DNA of 64,000 bases from Methanocaldococcus sp. 16A (GCA_049860595.1 CP187551.1), one strand, 5' to 3'; shown: positions 42,299 to 53,150, counted from the first letter of the stretch. The notes: generated from the letters alone by a model not told the origin. Program-made: numbers and translations.

Positions 42299-43771
42299 TT
42301 ATGCTGTTTGATGTTTCTCTTTCCACTCCTTTAATATCTTATCCCAGTTTTTCCTTAAGAAGTCTCCAACTTGAGAAGAATCTCTTGTTCCAACAATACA
42401 AGTCCATCCAGTTTTATCTTCAATATCTCCTCTTGTTGAAGCCGCTAATGCAGGTAAAATTAATATTCTATGGCTAACTTTATCAGCAATTCCTGTTTCT
42501 TCAATTAGTTTCTTAGCGTTCTCTCCATTGTACTGTCCTCCTGCAACTGAGACATCAACAGCCTTTCCACCAGTATCCATTACTAATAACCAACAAGTGA
42601 CATTGTCTTTTTCAAAGTCTCCTGTAACTGTGTAGAATGTTAATGAGAAGTTTGTTGTTAATATGACTGGGCTGTTTTCGTCTGGATTGCCAATTGGATA
42701 TAAGCCAGGTTCAACTGCCTGTGGTTTTCTTGGGTCTGTGTAGATACATTGTCTCAATGTTAATACTGGCATTAACTCCCAAATATCCATTCCATGCATA
42801 ATTAAGGCATCAGCATATCTATTCATTAATGTAGCTGCAATAGTTGCTTCAAACATCTTAGCAACAACCTCTTTATCATCAAAGAATCCAGAAATTGGGC
42901 AGTCATTATTTAAAGCGTAATAGTAGGCATTAATTGGTAAATTCAATATTGGAAATCCTAAGTATTTATCTTCTTTCTCAATAGCACTTCTTCTAATCAT
43001 TACATTTAAATCTAATGTTTCAGCAATATTTTCAGGATATGTATGAGGCTCCAAAACCAAATCTTCAATACCATTAGCTAAGCACTTTGCAGCCATATTC
43101 TTTAAATCTTTAACGTTATTTGATGATAAAACCAAAACAACATCCTTTTCTTTTTTAAGCTCTTTAATTACTTTTATAAAATCATTCAGCGTATCTTTTG
43201 TTGCAGCATAAATCATTGGTTTTGATTTAACTACTTTTAAAGCTTCTTTTATAACCTCTGGATTTAATGAGGCAATACAAATAGGCATTTTTGTTTCTTT
43301 TTCCACAATCTCTATAGCTTTTTTGAATTTCTCAACATCTCCAGATGCATTTCTTATAACAATAAAGTCTAATTTTAATTGTTCTCCAGTTCTTTCAAAT
43401 GCAAAATTCTCTATTTCCTTAGCTTTATTCTTAATTTCCTCTTCACTTAACTCATCACTAATATCGATACCAATTGGTGTAGGGTTGAAGAATGACAACT
43501 GATATCTATACATTACTTCATCTCCACCCATAACAGCTTTTTTCTCATCATTTCCAAACCACACTTCCTTTACAGGTGGAGATACAAGTTCTATAATTTT
43601 CTTTCTATTTTCTTCAAATTTTGGAGTATTTAGAATAGGACATTGGTCAACACTCGCCTCTTTTTCTAACAATTTTGTAGCAAATGCCATACATGATGGT
43701 TGTCCACATTTTTTACAGTTTGTTTTTGGTAATAATTTATAGATATCCATTGCACTAACTTTTTTTGGCAT
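42299..43771 (-). CDS. cdhE: Acetyl-CoA decarbonylase/synthase gamma subunit
   Basis: LPKTNCKKCGQPSCMAFA, IYTDPRKP and TTNFSLTF motifs. Confidence 0.95.
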   Translation of the reverse strand: MPKKVSAMDIYKLLPKTNCKKCGQPSCMAFATKLLEKEASVDQCPILNTPKFEENRKKIIELVSPPVKEVWFGNDEKKAVMGGDEVMYRYQLSFFNPTPIGIDISDELSEEEIKNKAKEIENFAFERTGEQLKLDFIVIRNASGDVEKFKKAIEIVEKETKMPICIASLNPEVIKEALKVVKSKPMIYAATKDTLNDFIKVIKELKKEKDVVLVLSSNNVKDLKNMAAKCLANGIEDLVLEPHTYPENIAETLDLNVMIRRSAIEKEDKYLGFPILNLPINAYYYALNNDCPISGFFDDKEVVAKMFEATIAATLMNRYADALIMHGMDIWELMPVLTLRQCIYTDPRKPQAVEPGLYPIGNPDENSPVILTTNFSLTFYTVTGDFEKDNVTCWLLVMDTGGKAVDVSVAGGQYNGENAKKLIEETGIADKVSHRILILPALAASTRGDIEDKTGWTCIVGTRDSSQVGDFLRKNWDKILKEWKEKHQTA

Positions 43772-43814
43772 TTAATCACCTCAGAATTAAATATTTTAAA
43801 ATTTAACTGCCATT

Positions 43815-45005
43815 TTATGATTTTGCTGTAATCCACTCATAATTGTTGGTATTTAATTTAACCTCTCCCGGCTTAGTTGTTAGAGTTTTTCCAATCTCTT
43901 TTAATGTTTTTACAGCTATTGGGTTAAGCATCATGAATAAATCAACTCCACACATCATCATTGTAATTCCAGTAGTTATTTCCCATAATGGCAATCTATA
44001 CTCTCTTGGCCCCCACTCTTTGTTAGCCATCCATGCTTCTCTTGCTCCATTAGCGTTTGTTGTTCCAGAGGACATTGGCATATTAACTAACTCATCCCCT
44101 TTCAACCCATTCAATCTCAATCTTGTCATTGCATTGATTGAGAACTCAATTCCATATCCTAAAGCACATGTTGTAGGGTCCATAACTATTCTATTTGGGT
44201 CTAAGCCAGCTTCAATTAACTTTCTGTTTAAATCTCTCGCCATGTTTGGGTCCATAATACTCCATGCCAATACATTATGGTCATATTTCATAGCCGCATC
44301 AACTATCTTTTTATAATCCAATTCTAAGTTTGCTGAAGCTAATAAACATCTATCTCCTTCTGCAGCTTCAGCACACGCCTCTAAAACTAACGGGTCTTTT
44401 TGAGGGTTTCCACTACCTCCAATAACAAATGGAACATCAACAGCTTGTAATAAATCTTCCATTAATTTTGCAGCTTCTTTTGGACTTTTATCATTAATTT
44501 TTGGGTCTGTTGAGATGTGGTGGATTGTTATCATATCTGCTTCAAATTCTTTAACACACTTCTTAGCCCATTCGCAAGGGTCTTCCATAACATCTTGGAA
44601 AAATTCTCTAATTGGTTTCGGTAATCCAGGCATTGGTATATCAAAAATATCAAATGTAACAACTGGTGGATTTGGTTGTGGTTCTTCAAATCTATATAAA
44701 GCTTTTTGCCCACCAATTTTTACAACAACACCTCTACCGCCTTCTGATTTTGGTTTTCCAAATTGAACTTCTCTAATATAGCCAGGGTATTTTTCAACTG
44801 GTGGTTGCCAATCTAATTCTGGGACATCTTTAATTTCAATTATTCCCTCATCAGCCAATTTTTCTTTTATTGATGGTGTTTGAGGTATAACAACTGGAGG
44901 AGCGGATGGGATGTTTATTATTAGCTCGTCTGCAGTAATTGTTATATTTTCAATCTCTATCTTTCCAACTTTTTCAATGATTTTTATCAAAGCATTTAAA
45001 TCCAT
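43815..45005 (-). CDS. cdhD: Acetyl-CoA decarbonylase/synthase delta subunit
   Basis: IGGSGNPQKD, MDPTTCALGYGIE and AREAW motifs. Confidence 0.95.
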   Translation of the reverse strand: MDLNALIKIIEKVGKIEIENITITADELIINIPSAPPVVIPQTPSIKEKLADEGIIEIKDVPELDWQPPVEKYPGYIREVQFGKPKSEGGRGVVVKIGGQKALYRFEEPQPNPPVVTFDIFDIPMPGLPKPIREFFQDVMEDPCEWAKKCVKEFEADMITIHHISTDPKINDKSPKEAAKLMEDLLQAVDVPFVIGGSGNPQKDPLVLEACAEAAEGDRCLLASANLELDYKKIVDAAMKYDHNVLAWSIMDPNMARDLNRKLIEAGLDPNRIVMDPTTCALGYGIEFSINAMTRLRLNGLKGDELVNMPMSSGTTNANGAREAWMANKEWGPREYRLPLWEITTGITMMMCGVDLFMMLNPIAVKTLKEIGKTLTTKPGEVKLNTNNYEWITAKS

Positions 45006-45230
45006 AGCATCACCTAATTTGTCATTATAAATCATTATAGATTAGATTGATAGTCTATTGAATTTAATATATAAACGTTATTATTTCAATTTTTTAAAGG
45101 AAAATTTTAAAAAAATAAAAAATATTTTACTTTCTTTGGATATTAATTTTGTTAATAATACATATCATATCTTTACGTGAATAACCTTTAAATATGCTGT
45201 TATCTATTAATAATAAATGCCTATTAATGT

Positions 45231-45322
45231 GGCGCGGGGTACCGGGCTTGGTAGCCCGGGGCGGACTTCAGATCCGTCGAGGGCGGATGCCCTCGGGGTT
45301 CGATTCCCCCCCTGCGCCGCCA
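45231..45322 (+). tRNA. selC: tRNA-Sec(TCA)
   Basis: 9-bp acceptor GGCGCGGGG/CCCTGCGCC, 7-bp D stem, TCA anticodon at 45268-45270, long variable arm, 4-bp T stem, GCCA end. Confidence 0.96.
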
Positions 45323-45342
45323 TTACTTTTTTTTGTGAGATT

Positions 45343-46251
45343 ATGGAAAAAGTATATTCAAAATTTGGAAGAGTTGATGATTTAAAAGAAATTATTTCTG
45401 GATTAGCTAATTTTACTGGAATTATTAGAATAGATAACGCTCTTTTATATTATATAAACTCAAAGCTAATCTCATCAAAGCTAAATGGTAGAGAAAAAAG
45501 TTTAGAAGAAATATTTTCACAAATTTCTGATGAATTTTTAATAGAGATTTATGTTGGAGATGAGATGGAAATAAAATCTGCTTTAAAAAATTTTAAACCA
45601 GATGAATCTATTGTTGAGATTTCAAAATTAAGTTTGGTTTTTGATAACACGTTTGTTCTTAATTCTTATAATGACGTATATAAATATCTAACTTCTGTTG
45701 ATAAAGTTGTTTTTATACCAAAAAGATTTAAAAACGAAAAGGCAGTTGTTGTTTATAAAAATAAAAGAGAGATTTTTGCAGTATATTTTGGAAAGAAAAT
45801 ATTGTTTGGAAAAAGAGCAATTAATAAGTTAAAAACAACATTTGCTGTTAGTGAGATAATTGCAAAAATTGAAAACATATCCAACGAGCAACTGAATTCG
45901 TTAAAGAGTAAATATCCTGATGGGGTTATATTCTTTGGAGAATCTGTTAATGATGTAATCAAAAAAATAACTTCATCAAAAGAGGCGATAATTTTAGAAA
46001 ATGTTTCATTGATTGATGCTCTATCTAATGGCACATGTTTGATTAAAATTGAAGGTAGTGAAGAAGGATATATAATCGCTAAAGAAGGAAAGCCAACATA
46101 TGCATTTTTAAAAGATTTTGATGGAGAAAAAAGTTATAGATTACTAAAAAGTATGTGCATAGTTGAGGATGTTAAATATTATATTTATAAGTTATCAAAA
46201 GATGAATATGAAATGTTTAAAGCTTTTCAAGAAAATAGGATTACATTTTAA
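45343..46251 (+). CDS. DUF2226-like hypothetical protein (MJ0114-like)
   Basis: The likely start is the ATG after tRNA-Sec. The ORF-track extension runs through the tRNA. Confidence 0.65.
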   Translation: MEKVYSKFGRVDDLKEIISGLANFTGIIRIDNALLYYINSKLISSKLNGREKSLEEIFSQISDEFLIEIYVGDEMEIKSALKNFKPDESIVEISKLSLVFDNTFVLNSYNDVYKYLTSVDKVVFIPKRFKNEKAVVVYKNKREIFAVYFGKKILFGKRAINKLKTTFAVSEIIAKIENISNEQLNSLKSKYPDGVIFFGESVNDVIKKITSSKEAIILENVSLIDALSNGTCLIKIEGSEEGYIIAKEGKPTYAFLKDFDGEKSYRLLKSMCIVEDVKYYIYKLSKDEYEMFKAFQENRITF

Positions 46252-46715
46252 TCTTTGTCTGTCATCTTTATTGCCATTTCATAAGCTTTCTTTAAATCTC
46301 CAGTTTCTAAGATACATTTTTCAGCAATCTCTTTTGGAATATCTTTTTTTACAAAAACATCTACTGCCTCTTTAAAGAACTCACTATTTTTTATAATTTC
46401 TTTGGCAAGCTCTTTTTTTAGTTCCATATATTCTTCTGGACTTATATTATTTTTAGCAAGTTCATAATCTCTATAAGGACAGGGCTTTGTTATTTTACAA
46501 CACCACACTAAACTACCAAAGCATGTATTTTTTCCTAATCCAAGCTTTGTTCTTTTCCCAAAATCTTCTTTTATTTTTATAAACTCTTCTGGAGTCATTT
46601 TTAATATAGCTAATGCTTCATGAATAGGACAGTATTTTATTGGGGGACAGCAAAAAGCTAATCCTCTCAAATCTCCTCCTCTGCAAATATGAGATGGAGC
46701 ATTATCCCAACCCAT
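46248..46715 (-). CDS. Methanogenesis marker 9 domain protein
   Basis: [25 protein letters not shown] and [20 protein letters not shown] motifs. Confidence 0.88.
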   Translation of the reverse strand: MGWDNAPSHICRGGDLRGLAFCCPPIKYCPIHEALAILKMTPEEFIKIKEDFGKRTKLGLGKNTCFGSLVWCCKITKPCPYRDYELAKNNISPEEYMELKKELAKEIIKNSEFFKEAVDVFVKKDIPKEIAEKCILETGDLKKAYEMAIKMTDKD

Positions 46716-46814
46716 AATTTCACCATTTATTATGATTAAAGAAGATATGCTCTTTAAGATTTTGTTTAATTCTTTTAAAAAAGTTTCTGTAATTTTGGGA
46801 GTTATAACTTAAAA

Positions 46815-46907
46815 TAGGACTTTCGCAGGAATAACTAATAATAATGAACTTTGATGCTTTTAGCATCATAGATACCTTAATGAACTATAAAAATTGCGAA
46901 AGTCCTA
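46815..46907. repeat. MJRE-type element
   Basis: TAGGACTTTCGCAG...TTGCGAAAGTCCTA, internal TGATGCT-TTT-AGCATCA hairpin, flanking direct repeat TTAAAA. Confidence 0.9.
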
Positions 46908-46935
46908 TTAAAACAAAAAAAAGATTGTTAAGAAA

Positions 46936-48021
46936 TTATGAAATAATCTTATCAATCATATCTAACTGCAAAGCCATTTTTATCTCTCTTGCTATCCTCT
47001 GCCCCATACTCAATGGCTCACCATTATATAAGAAAGAGTATGGACTACCATTCATAAAGCTGTTTGTTCCTCCATCAGTTCTTGCACTCATCTCAAAGAC
47101 AACTAATTCAAGATTTTCATTGCACAAGCTCTGTAAGCAGAATGGTCCAATCATTCCTGGAGGGACTAACTCTTTAGCCTTAGCAACTAACTTATCTCCC
47201 ATTTCAAAAACTTGAGGTAATAAACTCTCTCTAATAACAACTGGAATATTTCCAGTAATAACATAACTTGGATTTATTTCCATTTCTAATTGGTCTTTTG
47301 CTGGAATTCTAACTAAACCATCTATATTACTTTCATATCTCTTATCCATTCCTAATAACTCAACTTCATCTTTTAGTGGAGAGTAGAAGTAATGAATGCA
47401 AAAGTTAGTTCCAACAACATACTCTTCTATATGTGCATTGGCTATATCTTCATCAGTTAATATTCCTCTTTTCTTTAATTCTTCAGCCTTTTTATAAAAC
47501 TCTTCTGTTGATGAAGCTATAAAGTAACCTCTTCCACCTCTCGCCCCTGGGAATTTAACTATAACAGTTCCATCAATATCTTCTGGACTTTCATACTTTT
47601 TAGGAACTCTTATTCCTGCTTCTCTTAACAATTTTCCTTCTAAGCTTCTCTCTGATTCCCATCTTAATATTCTCCTGTTCCCAAACATTGGGACTAAAAA
47701 ATTATTTTCTACATTGTCTAAACCACAGTATGCTATAAAAGAGCCATGAGGAACTACTATAGCGTTTAACTCTCTCAACTTCTCCTGAATCTCTTCATTT
47801 TTTATATCTGAGAAATTATCAACATATATGAATTTATCAGCAACTTTAAACCTCTTGTATGGAACATCTCTTCCCTTCATTGTTATGCAGACAGTAGAAA
47901 AGCCCTCTAACTTAGCTCCTTTTAAAATATGCAAAGATGTATGGCTTCCTAATGTTGCTATTGTTATCTCATCCTTGTTGTATTTATCAAAAATCTCTAA
48001 AATTTCATCCTTTGAAATCAT
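46936..48021 (-). CDS. purP: FAICAR synthetase
   Basis: IATLGSHTSL, ATP-grasp GARGGRGYF, GPFCLQ and MGQRIAREI motifs. Confidence 0.95.
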   Translation of the reverse strand: MISKDEILEIFDKYNKDEITIATLGSHTSLHILKGAKLEGFSTVCITMKGRDVPYKRFKVADKFIYVDNFSDIKNEEIQEKLRELNAIVVPHGSFIAYCGLDNVENNFLVPMFGNRRILRWESERSLEGKLLREAGIRVPKKYESPEDIDGTVIVKFPGARGGRGYFIASSTEEFYKKAEELKKRGILTDEDIANAHIEEYVVGTNFCIHYFYSPLKDEVELLGMDKRYESNIDGLVRIPAKDQLEMEINPSYVITGNIPVVIRESLLPQVFEMGDKLVAKAKELVPPGMIGPFCLQSLCNENLELVVFEMSARTDGGTNSFMNGSPYSFLYNGEPLSMGQRIAREIKMALQLDMIDKIIS

Positions 48022-48151
48022 TTATTTCACCTAAATATAAGGTTTTTGTAGTATCTTTAATATTTTAAAAAAACAATATAAAATGCTTACTGCTTAAACC
48101 AAGTAGAAATTAATAAATAGATATAAACTTATGAGGAGTTGAGGGATAATT

Positions 48152-48844
48152 ATGATTATTATTGGTATTGATGAAGCTGGAAGAGGGCCTGTTTTGGGTC
48201 CAATGGTTGTTTGTGCTTATGCTATTAAAAAAGATAAAGAAGATGAGTTAAAAAAATTGGGAGTTAAAGATAGTAAGGAGCTAACTAAAAATAAAAGAGG
48301 ATATTTAAAAAAATTGCTTGAAAATTTAGGATGTGTGGAGAAATTAATTTTAGAGGCAAAGAGAATAAATGAGCTAATGAACTCTATCAACTTAAATGAA
48401 ATTGAAATTAATGCTTTTTCTGAAGTTGCTAAAAATTTAATAGAAAAGTTAGATATAAAAGATGAAGAGGTTGAGATTTATTTAGATGCATGTAGCACAA
48501 ATGCTAAAAAATTTGAAGATAGCTTTAAAGATAAGATAGAGGATATAATTAAAAAAAGAAATTTAAATGTTAAGATTATAGCTGAACATAAGGCAGATGC
48601 TAAATATCTTGTTGTTTCAGCCGCTTCAATAATAGCAAAGGCAGAGAGGGATGAAATAATAGATAACTACAAAAAAATTTATGGAGATATAGGAAGTGGC
48701 TACCCATCAGACCCAAAGACCATAAAATTCCTCGAAGATTACTTTAAAAAACATAAAAAACTTCCTGATATTGCAAGAACTCATTGGAAAACCTGTCAAA
48801 GAATTTTAAACAAATTAAAACAAACAAGATTAGATAGCTATTAA
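48152..48844 (+). CDS. rnhB: Ribonuclease HII
   Basis: GIDEAGRGPVLGP, DSKEL, SAASIIAK and GSGYPSDP motifs. Confidence 0.97.
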   Translation: MIIIGIDEAGRGPVLGPMVVCAYAIKKDKEDELKKLGVKDSKELTKNKRGYLKKLLENLGCVEKLILEAKRINELMNSINLNEIEINAFSEVAKNLIEKLDIKDEEVEIYLDACSTNAKKFEDSFKDKIEDIIKKRNLNVKIIAEHKADAKYLVVSAASIIAKAERDEIIDNYKKIYGDIGSGYPSDPKTIKFLEDYFKKHKKLPDIARTHWKTCQRILNKLKQTRLDSY

Positions 48845-48872
48845 AATTCAATAAAATTTAAGGTGTTGTGTC

Positions 48873-49733
48873 ATGTTTGCTTATAAATTATTGGTGGATG
48901 ATAGAGGAAAGAGATATTTGTTAAAAAAGAATGTTGAGAAGTTTGGGACAGATTTGGGAATTGTAGATATGAAAGAAGTTGAGGAAGGTGTTGAATTAAA
49001 ATCACACAAAGGGCATACATTTTATTTAGTAGAGCCAACAATGTTTGATATCCTAAAGAGAATGAAGAGGACAGTAACTACCTTATTACCAAAAGATATT
49101 GGGTTCATTATAGCAAGAGCTGGAATTAGAGAGGGAGAAACAGTCGTTGAGGCAGGAACTGGTTCAGGAGCTTTAACTATGTATCTATCAAATGCTGTTG
49201 GTAAAACAGGGAAAGTTATTACTTATGATATAAGACCAGAATTTGCCAAAGTTGCAAGAAAGAATTTGTTGAGAGTAGGAGCTATTAGAAAAGGGCAAAA
49301 AATTATTGGTTTAGATGAAGAGTTTGATGATGAAGATGAAATTGATGTTGAAGATGGACTTTTCAATGTTATCCAAAAAATTGGTGATGTTAGAGAGAAG
49401 ATAGATGAGAAAGATGTAGATGTAATTGTTTTAGATTTGCCAGACCCTTGGAATGTTGTAGAGAATGCAAAAAAGGCATTGAATAAAAAAAGAGGAAGGA
49501 TAGTTACTTATCTTCCATATATAGAGCAGGTTAAAAAGACAGTAGAGAAGCTCAAAGAGGAAGGATTTTGGGATATACACACTTATGAAATAATTGAGAG
49601 AGAAATTGAGATTTCTGAAAAAGGTGTTAGACCATCAACAAGGATGATTGGGCATACAGGTTATATAACTGTTGCAAGAGTACCTCCAAAAAAGATAGAA
49701 GAAGATGAAGATGAAAATATTGAAGAAAAATAA
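48873..49733 (+). CDS. trmI: tRNA (adenine-N1)-methyltransferase
   Basis: PKDIG, EAGTGSG, LDLPDPW and HTGYI motifs. Confidence 0.93.
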   Translation: MFAYKLLVDDRGKRYLLKKNVEKFGTDLGIVDMKEVEEGVELKSHKGHTFYLVEPTMFDILKRMKRTVTTLLPKDIGFIIARAGIREGETVVEAGTGSGALTMYLSNAVGKTGKVITYDIRPEFAKVARKNLLRVGAIRKGQKIIGLDEEFDDEDEIDVEDGLFNVIQKIGDVREKIDEKDVDVIVLDLPDPWNVVENAKKALNKKRGRIVTYLPYIEQVKKTVEKLKEEGFWDIHTYEIIEREIEISEKGVRPSTRMIGHTGYITVARVPPKKIEEDEDENIEEK

Positions 49734-49769
49734 AAATTTAATAAAGATTTTGTTATTGAAGGGGGCAGT

Positions 49770-50576
49770 ATGCTAATATTTGGCACTGCTGGAGTTCCAA
49801 TATCTGCAGAGGATGAATTTAAAGGAGTAGATGTTTTAAGAAAGTTAAATTTGGGAGCTATGGAATTGGAATTTGTTAAAGGAGTTTATATGAAAGAGGA
49901 CTATGCTAAAACGTTGAAAGAGTATGGAAAAGATATTATTTTTTCTGCTCATGCTCCCCATTTTATAAATCTTAATGCAAATGAAAATGAAAAGATAGAG
50001 AATAGTATAAGGAGAATTATCAAAACAGCTAAGGTTTTAAACAATTGTGGTAGGAATTTAGTTTTTCATCCTGGATATTATTTGAAAAGAAGTAAGGAAG
50101 TAACTTACAATAGAATAAAATCAAATATTCAAAGAATTTTGGATAAATTAGAGATTTTAAATTTAAATGTTATGTTAAGACCTGAAACTACTGGAAAGAC
50201 ATCACAATTTGGCGATATTGACGAGATATTAAAACTTTGTTTTGAATTGGATATTTTACCCTGTATTGATTTCTCCCATATTTATGCAAGAAGTAGAGGG
50301 GCCATAAATGATTACAACTCTTTTTATAAAATTCTTGAAAAGATTGAAAATACCTTAGGAAAAAACGCTATAAAGGATATGCACATTCATCTATCTGGAA
50401 TAGAGTATGGAAAGGGAGGGGAAAGGAGGCATTTGCCTTTAAATGAATCTAATTTTAATTATAAAGATGTTTTAAAAGCTTTAAAAGATTTTGAAGCCTC
50501 TGGAACTATAATATGTGAGAGCCCAAGGTTAGAATATGATGCTGTTTTGTTGATGAAATGTTATAATGACTTATAA
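49770..50576 (+). CDS. Endonuclease IV-like TIM-barrel protein
   Basis: SAHAPHFINL, VFHPGYY, RPETTGK, DFSH and HIHLSG motifs. Confidence 0.85.
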   Translation: MLIFGTAGVPISAEDEFKGVDVLRKLNLGAMELEFVKGVYMKEDYAKTLKEYGKDIIFSAHAPHFINLNANENEKIENSIRRIIKTAKVLNNCGRNLVFHPGYYLKRSKEVTYNRIKSNIQRILDKLEILNLNVMLRPETTGKTSQFGDIDEILKLCFELDILPCIDFSHIYARSRGAINDYNSFYKILEKIENTLGKNAIKDMHIHLSGIEYGKGGERRHLPLNESNFNYKDVLKALKDFEASGTIICESPRLEYDAVLLMKCYNDL

Positions 50577-50581
50577 TAATA

Positions 50582-51307
50582 AAAAAGTATTTCATTTTAG
50601 GTGAGAATATTGGATTATCATTTTTAAGAAGGAGTAAATTAGAGGATAACGCCGTAACATTAGCTGTAGATAAAATTGCTTCTGAAGACTTAATTTCTGG
50701 AAATATAACTGGTACTACGTATATTGCACCACTCTACCAATTCATTGAAAACAAAATAACCAAAGAAATCCAAAAAGTCCCAAACATTAAAAAAGACATC
50801 CTAAAATTAATCAAAGAAAAATATAACGCAACACCAGAGGATTTTCTTTATTACATTTATGCAGTCCTACACGACCCAAAATATAGAGAAAAATACAAAG
50901 AATTTTTAAAAATCAACCTCCCAAGAATTCCATTATATAATAAAGAAACCTTTGAAAAATACAAAGAGATTGGAAAAAAGTTGGTTGAACTCCACTTAAT
51001 GAAAAATATCCTAGCCATTGACTCAGAAATTGAAGGAGAAAACCTAAAAGTTGAAACTGTAAAATATGACAAAAAGAAAAAAGGTATCAAAATAAACAGA
51101 GAAACAATCTTATTAGGCATTGATGAAGATATCTGGAACTTTAAAATTGGTGGCTATAAAGTTATAGAAAAATACTTAAAAGGAAGAAAAGGGAAGAAAT
51201 TAACAATTGATGAATTAGAACACATCTACAAAGTTGTTTATATAATAAAAGAAACAATAAAATTAATGAATATTCTGAGAGACCTTAAAGAGAATAAAAA
51301 CTCTTAA
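50582..51307 (+). pseudogene. C-terminal remnant of a Type ISP/IIG restriction-modification enzyme
   Basis: Open frame with no start near its 5' end: GENIGL...APLY...FLYYIYAVLHDPKYREKYKEFLKINLPRIP...WNFKIGGYKVIEKYLKGRKG. Confidence 0.75.
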
Positions 51308-51427
51308 TACATTGGTTTTAGTCAAATAATGAGATATTATAAATGAAGAACAAGCAATAAAAGAATTTGTGAATGCAAATGTCTTTGGAAAAAGTAAAAA
51401 GAATTGTAGTTAAGTAGTGGGGATAAA

Positions 51428-51760
51428 ATGCCAAAAAGAAAAGGAAGTAAAAAAGAAGGGAGAGTAGCAAATGAATTAAAAAAGAGAGGGTATAAAATTG
51501 AAGGTAGAAATGTTATTAAAAAATTAAATCAGCACAAAAAGGCAGAATATGATTTAATTGTGAGATGGGGAAAATATAAATACGCTATTGAAGTAAAAAG
51601 TGGAAAACAAACTATAACTTCTACAACTATTGAAAAACATATAAAGAAATCAAATAAAATTAGGGCTAAGCCAATGTTTGTTATTGGTAGGAATGTAAAA
51701 TTAACTGGTAAAGCAAAAGAAGTAGCAAGAAAGAATAAGGTAAGGATTGAGATAATTTAA
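51428..51760 (+). CDS. Small basic PD-(D/E)xK nuclease-fold protein
   Basis: E..VANELKKRGYKI...EYDLIV...AIEVKS pattern typical of Hjc/YraN/Mrr-like domains. Confidence 0.7.
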   Translation: MPKRKGSKKEGRVANELKKRGYKIEGRNVIKKLNQHKKAEYDLIVRWGKYKYAIEVKSGKQTITSTTIEKHIKKSNKIRAKPMFVIGRNVKLTGKAKEVARKNKVRIEII

Positions 51761-51862
51761 CTTTATAAAAAACAGTGTGATGAAATTGAGCTAAAAATTA
51801 TACAAAAAACTTATTATGTTAAAAAGGCAATAAATTTTATAATAAATTTTTTGGTGTTTAAG

Positions 51863-52777
51863 ATGAGTGAAATAGACATTATAAAAGAAACCTATGAAAA
51901 AATCAAAAATATGGAGATTAGGGGGGCTGGAAGGATAGGGAGGGCTGCAGCTAAGGCATTAAAAGAATATGCTCTAAAAATTTTTCATTTAAGTGAAGAA
52001 GAATTCAAAAATAAAATGAGAGAAGCTGGAGATTTATTGGTATCTGCAAGACCTACAGCTGTTTCTCTACCAAATGCTGTAAAGTATGTATTAAAAGGAT
52101 TAAATGAAGAAAATCCAAAAGAAAGAATTATAGAGAGGGCTGATGAATTTATAAGTTCTTCATTAAAGGCAATTGAAAATATAGGAAAGTTTGGAGCTAA
52201 TAGAATAAAGGATGGAGACACTATATTAACTCACTGTAATTCTGAAGCTGCTATAAGTGTTATAAAAACGGCCTATGATGAAGGAAAAGATATTAAAGTT
52301 TTTTGCACAGAAACAAGACCAAGAAACCAAGGATATTTAACGGCAAAAACTCTCTATGACTACGGAATTGATGTAACTTTAATAGTTGATTCTGCAGTTA
52401 GATACTTTATAAAAGATGTTGATATTGTCGTTGTGGGGGCTGATGCCATAACAGCAAACGGATGTCTTGTAAATAAAATAGGCACATCACAAATTGCTTT
52501 AATAGCTAATGAGAGTAGAGTTCCTTTTTTAACAGCTGCTGAGACATACAAATTCCATCCAAAAACCATAGTTGGAGAACTAATTGAAATAGAAGAAAGA
52601 GACCCAGAAGAAGTTACAACATTTGAAGATAAATACAAAGGCATAAAGATAAGAAATCCAGCATTTGATGTAACACCAGCTAAGTATATAGATGCCATAA
52701 TAACAGAGATTGGATTAATCCCTCCACAAGGAGCATGGTATATAATAGAAAAATACTTTGGATGGCTTGAGAAATAA
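51863..52777 (+). CDS. Ribose-1,5-bisphosphate isomerase (eIF2B-like)
   Basis: IRGAGRI, RPTAVSL, LTHCNS, ETRPRNQG, NKIGT and NPAFDVTP motifs. Confidence 0.92.
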   Translation: MSEIDIIKETYEKIKNMEIRGAGRIGRAAAKALKEYALKIFHLSEEEFKNKMREAGDLLVSARPTAVSLPNAVKYVLKGLNEENPKERIIERADEFISSSLKAIENIGKFGANRIKDGDTILTHCNSEAAISVIKTAYDEGKDIKVFCTETRPRNQGYLTAKTLYDYGIDVTLIVDSAVRYFIKDVDIVVVGADAITANGCLVNKIGTSQIALIANESRVPFLTAAETYKFHPKTIVGELIEIEERDPEEVTTFEDKYKGIKIRNPAFDVTPAKYIDAIITEIGLIPPQGAWYIIEKYFGWLEK

Positions 52778-52823
52778 AAATTGTTGTGGTAAAATATATA
52801 TACCACATTTATATAAATTAATA

Positions 52824-52950
52824 TATGTCCCGGGTGGCGACCTTCCGCAGGGGATGAAACCACCTCGGCATTCTACCCACAAGGCGGCCGTGCCGAGTAG
52901 CCATTATGGCTTCAATGAAGGTCACGGTTTTCCAAGGGTAGATACACTTT
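52824..52950 (+). ncRNA. GC-rich structured sRNA, box H/ACA type with two K-turn hairpins
   Basis: Stem TCTACCC/GGGTAGA followed by T-ACA and a T-run; internal pocket; GA...ATGA K-turn motifs; upstream TATA-like sequence. Confidence 0.8.
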
Positions 52951-53150
52951 TTTTAAATTTTAATTCTATGTTGGTAGTTCATTCTTTTTATCGCATATAT
53001 ATTTATAAATTTAAATTAATAAATTAATGTTTATAAAAAATCAAAAATTATATAAAATTGTTTGTCCAATAGTAATTACAGATAACCTTATAGTATAAAT
53101 ATATACTCCAGTTTTTCTTATAAGAAAAAATTTTCCCTTGGGATGATAAC

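Noticed and set aside
45194-45385. 63-aa ORF and the 5' extension of the 45217 ORF
   Set aside because: Both overlap tRNA-Sec.
52758-53027. 89-aa ORF (and the opposite-strand 52360-52863 ORF)
   Set aside because: They overlap the structured sRNA or the isomerase gene and have no protein-like features.
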